NCBI GenBank assembly: GCA_013390605.1
Contig: JACAUB010000001.1
Location: forward strand, 2,302,021 to 2,366,020
Reading direction: 5' to 3'
DNA: 64,000 nt
DNA from: Bacteroidota bacterium
GTDB lineage: Bacteria > Bacteroidota > Bacteroidia > Bacteroidales > Cfx3-03
Notes under the pieces: generated by a model
What the model saw: only the letters and a program-made list of their open reading frames with translations
Databases searched by the model: none
Told to the model about the DNA's origin: nothing
Program-made: the position numbers and the translations under genes
In this document: piece after piece, positions 57,148 to 64,000 of the stretch
Numbering within the stretch: position 1 is the stretch's first letter
Layout: each line of letters begins with the position of its first letter

Positions 57148-60100
57148 TTAGAAAATAATATTAACACCCATCATATAAACTTGAGGACGTGGATAAATTC
57201 CCGTATCAACACCTTGACCAAAATAATATGCTCCACTGGCATCCGGAGCGGAAGCACCAACTTCAGGATCCATACCACTATATTTGGTAAACGTAATCAG
57301 ATTTTGAACGGAAACATATAAACGGAATTGGCTCAGATTCTTCCATCTCGCAAGTTTTGCAAAATCGTATCCAAGTGTAATATTAGAAACTCTTAAATAG
57401 CTCCCATCATGAACATAAAGATCAGAGAACTCTGTCCAGTTAGAACCGTTTTGAGTTACGCGGGGTATTGTATTCGAAGTACCCTCACCATGCCAACGAC
57501 TCAGAATATCAGAAGTCCAGTTACCATATTGACCAGGATCGCGATAAGACTGAACAATTTTATTACCGGCAACGCCATTGGCTGTTATAGAAAGATCGAA
57601 GTTTTTATAATTACAGGCAAGGTTTAAACCAAATAAATGATGGGGATTCGGATCACCGATATTTGTTTTATCATCAGCAGTAATTTTACCATCACCATTC
57701 AAATCCACATATTTCAAATCACCCGGATGAGCATTTGGCTGAAGAACTTTTCCATTGCTTTTATATGAAGCTACATCAGCTTCAGTTTGAAAAATTCCGG
57801 CAGTTTTATATCCCCAGAAATAGCCTATAGGATTTCCGGCAGAAGCACGGAAAAATTCGGGACCATTGGTAAATAAACTGTTTGTACTACCATGAATAAT
57901 CCCATCAGCTGTAGGAATATTATTTACAACATTTTTATTATAGGCATACGAACCGGAAACAGTAAAGTTGAAATCTTTACCAATCTTGTCACTGTACGAT
58001 AATTGAAGTTCTACTCCCTTGTTGGTAACATCGCCACCATTAATATATGGATTTTTAGAAACACCCGCAGTTGCTAATAAAGGAGCTGCAACTAACCAGT
58101 CTTTCGTTAATTTATTGTATAAATCAACACTTAAACTTAATTTATTGTTAAGTGATCGGGCATCAATACCAATATTGGTTTGATACGAAGTTTCCCATTT
58201 AGTATTTTCAACACCAATAGTTGAAGGATATGAACCTTGAGTCAGTGAAGTATTATCACTACCAAAATTATATTGGGCATTTGATAAGCTAATCAAAGAT
58301 AGGTAATTAAAGGCAGAGATACCATCATTTCCATTTGAGCCCCAACTTGCCCGTACTTTCAGGAAGTCCAACCAGTTCTTGGTCGATTCCATGAACGATT
58401 CGTTACTGGCTACCCAACCGGCAGAAAGTGATGGAAAGTTACCCCACTGATGATCTTTAGCAAACATTGTAGAACCATCAGCACGGAAAATAGCAGAAGC
58501 TAAATACGTGTCTTTATAGCTGTAGTTTAGACGGCCGAAAAATGAAGATTGAGCGTACACTGCAGTTGCATTCCCTGACAGCGATATGCCATGAGAAAGA
58601 AGTTGCGCAGCAGCGGCATATCTTGCATTGTATGCAGCATCAGTTTCTCCCGGAAGTCGCGTGATAGTTGAAGGACTACTCATCGCATAGTTTGTTACCG
58701 TTGAATTACTCAGATAACCCCGATCAAACGTGCCAAATAAAGTAGTACCTGTATTTGACCCATTCATCCACGTTCCCTGGTATTTGCGAATTGCACTACC
58801 GGCCAAAAAATCAAATTTGTGATCTTTGATATTAAATGTATAGTTAATCGTATTATCCCAGTTCCATGTATATCCCTGAGAACTGCCCTGACCAATTTTT
58901 TCATAAAGGTTGTAGGCATATATTGACAACTTATCATAAGCTGGTGTATAGCTATGATTAGCTGAAGAAGAATAGTTTATACCGAAAGTAGATTTTATTT
59001 TCAAATTTTTAATGGGCTGAAGCTCTGCATACACATCCCCTACCAATTGTTGTTTCTTTGTATCATTTTGATTATTGTATTGCATTAATGCATAAGGATT
59101 GGCTTCTGTATTATTCCAGGCTCCCCCATTATATATAGTAGAATTAATACTACTTAAATAGTTCCCTTTTGAATCATACATAGCTAATAACGGACTTGTA
59201 CCAAATGCATTACGAAGAGGGTTACCTGAATATAGTCCACCATCTGCAATCCCTTTTTGGTCAGTAAACGAGAAAGTTAGATGTTCACCTATTTTCAATA
59301 CCCCGTCATACATTTTACGTTCGGAGTTTGAACGTAAGTTATAACGTTGGTAATTTGAAAGATCTGAACCACCAATTATACCTCCCTGATTAATATAAGA
59401 TAGACCTAAAGAATAAGATGAAACATCATTGCCACCATTAGCTGCTAAATTATAGTTTTGGGTTGGCACATTGGAAGAAAACATTTCGTTTAACCAGTTA
59501 GTTCCGTTTCCCAGCGCATTAATTTGTGCTTGCGTGAACAGAGGTGCTTTTCCTGAATTAATTGCGGCCTCATTTTGAATGGTAGCGTATTGTACTGAAT
59601 TCAATAAATCTGCCTTCCGGGCAGCATTCTGAACTCCGTAATATGCATCGAATGTAATTTGTCCCCCTTTTTTACTAACAGAACTTCCGCTTCTGGTTGT
59701 AATCAATACAACACCGTTTGCACCATTGATACCGTAGATTGCACATGATGCAGCATCTTTTAAAATATCAACTGAAGCAATATCCGAATTGCTCAAATAG
59801 GTAATATCGCCGGTAATAACACCATCCACTACGTAAAGCGGACTAGCGTTTCCAATGGTTCCAACCCCACGAATATTTACTTTATAACCACCACCAGGCT
59901 GACCTGATGAAGAAGTAATGTTGACACCCGCTGCTTGTCCCTGCAAAGCTTGTAAAGCATTTGTTGTGTTTAGCTTTTTTAAGTTATCTCCTTTTACTGA
60001 AACAGTAGATCCCGTAACTAATTTTTTCTTTTGAACACCATAGCCTACAACAACAACTTCATCCAGTTTTAAGACCTCAGATTCAAGAATAACATCCAGA

Positions 60101-60720
60101 TTGGTCTGACCTTTGATTGCAACTTCCTTTTTTATCATTCCGATAAAAGAAAATACCAGAACCTTATCGTTTTCAGCAAATGGTATTGAGTATTTACCAT
60201 TGAGATCAGTAACGACACTTTTATTTGTGCCTTTTATATTTACCACAACACCAGGTAGAGCAAGGCCTGAAATATCAGTAACCTTTCCTGAAATTTTTTG
60301 TTGTTTCTGTTGAGACTCTAAAAGAACCTTTAAGAGCTCATTTTCATATGACCCTGATTTAATTAATACGATATGTTTGCCAATGACCTTATATGTAAGC
60401 TCCTCGGCGGCAAATAACTTATTGATTACTTCAGAGATTTTTGCATTCTCTACATTTATAGTAACTAGTTTGCTTGCATCAATTTGTTTATCGTTATAAA
60501 AAAAGTCAAAATCTGATTGATGTTCAATTGCTTTGAACACCTCTTCTATTTTTACATTTTTTAAACTCAGGTTCACAGTTGTACTTTGTGCATATGTTTC
60601 GACTGCCTGAAGTTGCCAAATTGTTAAAAATAACATTAATGTGGTCAGTTTCATAATACGAAATAGCTGAGTGAAATTAAAATGAGGCAAGAAAACCTCA
60701 CGTACGTGATAATTTTTCAT
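57148..60720 (-). CDS. susC: SusC/RagA family TonB-dependent transporter with N-terminal STN signalling domain
   Basis: STN-like region (LSLKNVKIEEVFKAIEHQSDFDFFY...), carboxypeptidase-regulatory-like domain (ISGKVTDISGLALPGVVVNIKG), plug (VVVGYGVQKKKLVTGS) and a C-terminal barrel ending in F. Alternative start at 60654 (MKLTTLMLF). Confidence 0.95.
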   Translation of the reverse strand: MKNYHVREVFLPHFNFTQLFRIMKLTTLMLFLTIWQLQAVETYAQSTTVNLSLKNVKIEEVFKAIEHQSDFDFFYNDKQIDASKLVTINVENAKISEVINKLFAAEELTYKVIGKHIVLIKSGSYENELLKVLLESQQKQQKISGKVTDISGLALPGVVVNIKGTNKSVVTDLNGKYSIPFAENDKVLVFSFIGMIKKEVAIKGQTNLDVILESEVLKLDEVVVVGYGVQKKKLVTGSTVSVKGDNLKKLNTTNALQALQGQAAGVNITSSSGQPGGGYKVNIRGVGTIGNASPLYVVDGVITGDITYLSNSDIASVDILKDAASCAIYGINGANGVVLITTRSGSSVSKKGGQITFDAYYGVQNAARKADLLNSVQYATIQNEAAINSGKAPLFTQAQINALGNGTNWLNEMFSSNVPTQNYNLAANGGNDVSSYSLGLSYINQGGIIGGSDLSNYQRYNLRSNSERKMYDGVLKIGEHLTFSFTDQKGIADGGLYSGNPLRNAFGTSPLLAMYDSKGNYLSSINSTIYNGGAWNNTEANPYALMQYNNQNDTKKQQLVGDVYAELQPIKNLKIKSTFGINYSSSANHSYTPAYDKLSIYAYNLYEKIGQGSSQGYTWNWDNTINYTFNIKDHKFDFLAGSAIRKYQGTWMNGSNTGTTLFGTFDRGYLSNSTVTNYAMSSPSTITRLPGETDAAYNARYAAAAQLLSHGISLSGNATAVYAQSSFFGRLNYSYKDTYLASAIFRADGSTMFAKDHQWGNFPSLSAGWVASNESFMESTKNWLDFLKVRASWGSNGNDGISAFNYLSLISLSNAQYNFGSDNTSLTQGSYPSTIGVENTKWETSYQTNIGIDARSLNNKLSLSVDLYNKLTKDWLVAAPLLATAGVSKNPYINGGDVTNKGVELQLSYSDKIGKDFNFTVSGSYAYNKNVVNNIPTADGIIHGSTNSLFTNGPEFFRASAGNPIGYFWGYKTAGIFQTEADVASYKSNGKVLQPNAHPGDLKYVDLNGDGKITADDKTNIGDPNPHHLFGLNLACNYKNFDLSITANGVAGNKIVQSYRDPGQYGNWTSDILSRWHGEGTSNTIPRVTQNGSNWTEFSDLYVHDGSYLRVSNITLGYDFAKLARWKNLSQFRLYVSVQNLITFTKYSGMDPEVGASAPDASGAYYFGQGVDTGIYPRPQVYMMGVNIIF

Positions 60721-60865
60721 ATTTTTACAATGAATTTGGTAAGTAAATGATTTTATCGTTGCTTGGTTAAGCTGAATTCTAGCCGGGAAATGTTCGCACC
60801 ATTTTCCGGTTTTTATTTATGTGTCCCGTATTTCATCCTACATAGGCAAATGTTTAAGTTAGAAT

Positions 60866-61894
60866 TTATTTTATCGTTACCGTATCCTTTTCAATTTCAT
60901 ATCTGAATGCAGTATTGATTTGTAAAACCTTCAATATCAAATCAAGTGGTTCATAATTAAAAAAGACTCCGCTGAATTTAGCAGTTTTCAGGAATTTGTT
61001 ATGGATTATGATTGTCACATTATAGTTTCTGCTCAGACGTTTTGAAATCTCTTCGAAACTTAACTTCCGAAACTTAAACTGACCATTCCGCCAGCTTGAA
61101 TAAAGATCTGTCTCAACTTTTTTCACAGTTAAATGATGATCTATCTTAGAAAAGGTTACCATTTCATTCGGTTTCACCCTTACAACTTCCTCATTGCTTG
61201 TAGGATCAAGCATACTTACCGATCCCTTTTCAAGTGTAAGGTTCATGTCGTTATCATTATTATATGAAGCCACGTTAAACGATGTACCCAATACCTTAAC
61301 CTTTAAAGTTGATGTTCTTACGATAAATGGATTCTTCTCATTATGTGTCACTTCAAAATATCCTTCACCATCCAGCAATACCTCTCTCAAATTTCCTGAG
61401 AAATGATCAGGATAAATGAGCTTAGACTTTGAATTCAACCAAATTTTGGTTCCATCAGACAGCGTCAACTTTGCCTGTTGACCACAGGGCACCTCCAACC
61501 GATTATACTGCACTGGTTGGGGCTGATTCAAAATAAAATAACTAACAATTGTTGTTATACAAGCTGTTGCAATAATAACAGCGGCATAGCGCATTATCAC
61601 ACTTAAATATCTTTTCTTCGAAGCTCCGAAAAGTCGTTCTTCTTCCTCTTCTGAATTTTCCTCTATTTTCTCAAGTAGATCATTGAATTTATTATGTATC
61701 GTCTCCTGATTTTGATCTGTATTCGCTAAGCTCGAAATAACCCAAGTATTTTTTAGTGATGCAAATAGTTCCTTATTCTCTTCAGAATCTTCAACCCATT
61801 CAAGTAATACAGCCTTCTCCTCTTCCGTTGCCGTATTCTGAAAGTATTTAATAATAATGTCAGTAATCATCCTCGTATTTTTTATGCTTATCAT
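60866..61894 (-). CDS. FecR-family anti-sigma factor
   Basis: 342 aa with an N-terminal cytoplasmic part, a single TM (YAAVIIATACITTIVSYFIL) and a periplasmic FecR domain. Alternative start at 61870. Confidence 0.88.
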   Translation of the reverse strand: MISIKNTRMITDIIIKYFQNTATEEEKAVLLEWVEDSEENKELFASLKNTWVISSLANTDQNQETIHNKFNDLLEKIEENSEEEEERLFGASKKRYLSVIMRYAAVIIATACITTIVSYFILNQPQPVQYNRLEVPCGQQAKLTLSDGTKIWLNSKSKLIYPDHFSGNLREVLLDGEGYFEVTHNEKNPFIVRTSTLKVKVLGTSFNVASYNNDNDMNLTLEKGSVSMLDPTSNEEVVRVKPNEMVTFSKIDHHLTVKKVETDLYSSWRNGQFKFRKLSFEEISKRLSRNYNVTIIIHNKFLKTAKFSGVFFNYEPLDLILKVLQINTAFRYEIEKDTVTIK

Positions 61895-62037
61895 ACATAA
61901 ACAACATAGGTCATCCCTACCCTACGAAAAAAGAACATTTATTTTATATTTTTTAATGATGGAAACTAATTATGAGATCAACCTATTGTATATAGTTGAT
62001 ATTGAGAATAAAATAAAATATATTTAAAAAGTAATTT

Positions 62038-62628
62038 CTAACGAATATAAAGAAACAGAAAGAGCATCAAATAATCTTTTAAAGCAGCCCGTAAAATCCC
62101 AAGCGAAATACTCATCTTCTTTTCAACCGTCTTAACAGAAATATCCATCTTATCTGCAATCTCCTGATATTTCATATTTTCAAACCTGCTCATCCTGAAA
62201 ATCTCTTTGCACTGTTCGGGCAAAGAATTGATTGCATTCTCAATTACAGCAGTTAGCTCATTCAGAATCAACTTATTTTCATTCAAATTCTCAAGTGCAT
62301 AATAGTTCAACAACAATTCATTGACATTATAGCTTTGACTTTGAAGATACGTCTGCTTCGCTTTTAAATGCTTTATAAAATTGAGACACTGATTCTTTGT
62401 CAGCGTAATGAGGTAGTTGTTCAGATTTGTATCTGTCTTCAGCTTTTCCTTTCGCTCCCAGACTGATAAGAAAACAGATTGTACAATATCACTCGCTTCA
62501 TCTTTATTATTGACATAGCCTTCGGCAAACTTTTGAAGAAAAGGATAATAGTTAATAAAAACCTCTTCAAAAGTTTTAATATTCCCCTCCTGGATATCTT
62601 TAACAATATTGAAACCGGATAATTTCAT
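62038..62628 (-). CDS. ECF-type RNA polymerase sigma-70 factor
   Basis: 196 aa with region 2 (DEASDIVQSVFLSVWERKE) and a region 4 HTH (MKYQEIADKMDISVKTVEKKMSISL). Upstream of the fecR-susC unit. Confidence 0.9.
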   Translation of the reverse strand: MKLSGFNIVKDIQEGNIKTFEEVFINYYPFLQKFAEGYVNNKDEASDIVQSVFLSVWERKEKLKTDTNLNNYLITLTKNQCLNFIKHLKAKQTYLQSQSYNVNELLLNYYALENLNENKLILNELTAVIENAINSLPEQCKEIFRMSRFENMKYQEIADKMDISVKTVEKKMSISLGILRAALKDYLMLFLFLYIR

Positions 62629-62648
62629 TAATCATTATTAAAAAAATA

Positions 62649-62656
62649 CAAACATA
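62649..62656 (-). promoter_or_regulatory. putative -7 box (TATGTTTG) for the ECF sigma gene
   Basis: The minus strand reads TATGTTTG, 21 nt upstream of the ATG at 62628. Confidence 0.4.
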
Positions 62657-62827
62657 GCATTATTTATTTCTTAATTGTGATTTATATATAAACAGGGGCT
62701 TCGATTACTCATTTTACACGCTTAGTACAGCCTGATGAATAAAAATTAGTAAACAAATCACAGGCACTGCTTGTGCCCGTCACAGACTTATGCCTATATA
62801 AATCGATAGCAGTTGATTCCAAACATA

Positions 62828-63583
62828 CTATTCAACAATTTCACGCTTTCTGTATTCGTCAATATAGATGGTCATAGGTGCTGGCATAACATCCCGGTAT
62901 AAACCCATTTTAAAATAATATTTGTTATCAGAAGGATAACCATGTTTTTCTGAATAGCTTGTTATACCATTAAAATGAACAATTTCATTATTATTCAAAA
63001 AGGCAGTAATCTCACCATTATCTAATTTAGAAAATCGTATTTGAAATTTAAAATCCAACCAGCGATTCCGTATTTCATCTTTGAGTTCATAAAGAGTTGT
63101 TCGTCCAGTATCGGTTTGAAGCGTTATAAATAAACGCCCCGACACATACCGTAAAGCAATGACAGGACTATCATCAGAGCATAAACCATCATTCTGGCAA
63201 TATTGCTTCCACTGAGCAATGACAAGTCGTGTACTAACAATTGGGAAATCAGAAGGCAGAAACATACTGAATTGAAATTCGTATTTCACGCCTTCTTTAG
63301 ACATAAGAGATCTGGCTTCTAAAAGTTCATCGCGTTCAGAATCAAGATTCTTGTTAACGCCTTTTTCTAAGACATCACCAGTCTTTATAGAAATCTTAGC
63401 AGCATTTTGTCCTTCACGTTTTATTTGAGATTGTATCTCAAAGGCACCTGCAACCATTCTATTTGTACGCCATATTTTACTCAATCCCGGTGATTCAAAA
63501 TCATCGTAAACATTTATTTGAGTCTGACAGTAACTCATGCCAAATAATAGAAAAAGGGCTAAGGTGATGATATACTTTAACAT
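62828..63583 (-). CDS. secreted concanavalin-fold protein, polysaccharide lyase-like (PF14099-like)
   Basis: Signal peptide, 251 aa. The pattern SERDELLEA ... VIAQWKQ ... YFKMGLYRD resembles the heparin lyase I/'Polysacc_lyase' fold family. Recognition by eye only. Confidence 0.5.
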   Translation of the reverse strand: MLKYIITLALFLLFGMSYCQTQINVYDDFESPGLSKIWRTNRMVAGAFEIQSQIKREGQNAAKISIKTGDVLEKGVNKNLDSERDELLEARSLMSKEGVKYEFQFSMFLPSDFPIVSTRLVIAQWKQYCQNDGLCSDDSPVIALRYVSGRLFITLQTDTGRTTLYELKDEIRNRWLDFKFQIRFSKLDNGEITAFLNNNEIVHFNGITSYSEKHGYPSDNKYYFKMGLYRDVMPAPMTIYIDEYRKREIVE

Positions 63584-63605
63584 ATTGACTATATTTTGAG
63601 AAGAC

Positions 63606-63613
63606 CAAATATA
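63606..63613 (-). promoter_or_regulatory. putative -7 box (TATATTTG) for the PL-like gene
   Basis: The minus strand reads TATATTTG, 23 nt upstream of the ATG at 63583. Confidence 0.35.
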
Positions 63614-63640
63614 ATCAATTATCTAATTGATCTATACCGA

Positions 63641-64000
63641 TTAATATTTCATATAGAAATTAAAAATCTTATCGTTAGTAATAGAATATTTAAGATAAAT
63701 GAAACTACATCCACCATCTTCAGCTATTACTTGTCTCTTATCCCATCTCTCTATAGAACTGTCATTGAAAAGAAGTATTGAAATTATCTTTTCTTTTTTA
63801 GACAAATATCCATAATAGTGTCGTTTGTATTTGACTAAATCCTTTGGAATATCACATTCAATTTTGATATCAGGATCATTTTTTTGATAATCAGAGACTA
63901 ATCTCTTTATAGTGTTCTCAATCTTCGTCTCAGCTAAGTCTATTTCATGATCAGTTGGTACAAATAGGTTCTTCAAACCTTCGCGCGGAACATATTCCAT
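63641..64000 (-). CDS. hypothetical protein (N-terminus possibly outside window)
   Basis: Open frame reaching the window edge; the final triplet is an ATG, but the frame may continue upstream. No motif recognised. Confidence 0.5.
   Translation of the reverse strand: MEYVPREGLKNLFVPTDHEIDLAETKIENTIKRLVSDYQKNDPDIKIECDIPKDLVKYKRHYYGYLSKKEKIISILLFNDSSIERWDKRQVIAEDGGCSFIYLKYSITNDKIFNFYMKY

Noticed and set aside
60783-60809. Hairpin CCGGGAAATG/CATTTTCCGG between fecR and susC as a terminator or attenuator
   Set aside because: The stem is 9 of 10 bp, and the T run is on the plus strand, where nothing is transcribed. On the coding (minus) strand it lacks a U tract. I also could not identify an ECF promoter consensus here.
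1-64000. Search by eye for rRNA, tRNA, tmRNA, CRISPR arrays, integrase/transposase/recombinase genes and known defence genes
   Set aside because: I found no regularly spaced direct repeats, no tRNA-like T-arm words (GGTTCGAATCC-type), and no ORF with recombinase or transposase motifs. Absence is by inspection only; tRNAscan, Infernal and minced would be decisive.

Overview
AT-rich chromosomal window with a Bacteroidota signature: a SusC/SusD polysaccharide utilisation locus (PUL), TAnnTTTG -7 boxes in front of many genes, and an 11-subunit NDH-1 without nuoEFG. Layout: (1) 1-6223 (+), a caa3/A2-type cytochrome c oxidase cluster (partial cytochrome c protein, DoxX, SCO, CoxI, CoxIII, CoxIV, CoxII-cyt c, heme O synthase). 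(2) 6283-16426 (-), nuoABCDHIJKLMN plus a 102-aa unknown ORF, preceded by about 0.95 kb of gene-free AT-rich DNA. (3) 17.4-22.4 kb (-), an amino-acid permease, a HAD phosphatase, a small ORF and a 690-aa secreted unknown protein. (4) 22.8-32.2 kb (+), a TAT-exported Gfo/Idh/MocA oxidoreductase, DUF1080, a second Gfo/Idh/MocA, ArfB, a GH29 fucosidase, a nucleotidyltransferase and a 970-aa AddB-like PD-(D/E)XK nuclease. (5) 32.2-45.4 kb, housekeeping and stress genes (HAD, mgsA, pfkA, TIGR02757, SPOR beta-barrel protein, TPR protein, MFS, gpx, YceI, OsmC, fused 2-oxoacid dehydrogenase E1). (6) 45.4-62.6 kb (-), an ECF-sigma/anti-sigma controlled PUL (SusC with STN domain, SusD, surface lipoprotein, GH5, GH39, GH42, GH92), then a PL-like protein and a partial ORF. 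By eye I found no rRNA, tRNA, CRISPR array, integrase, transposase or recognisable defence gene, and no convincing new multi-gene protein system. The most unusual signals are non-coding. The first is a 0.7-kb gene-free island between two terminators (40.6-41.3 kb) with two perfect palindromes (17- and 25-bp arms) built from one recurring word. The second is a pair of about 130-bp MITE-like elements (about 87% identical, inverted) bracketing the GH5-GH39-GH42 module. The third is a canonical terminator hairpin apparently split by a 108-nt structured insert. All product calls rest on motif and family recognition by eye, because no searches could be run.
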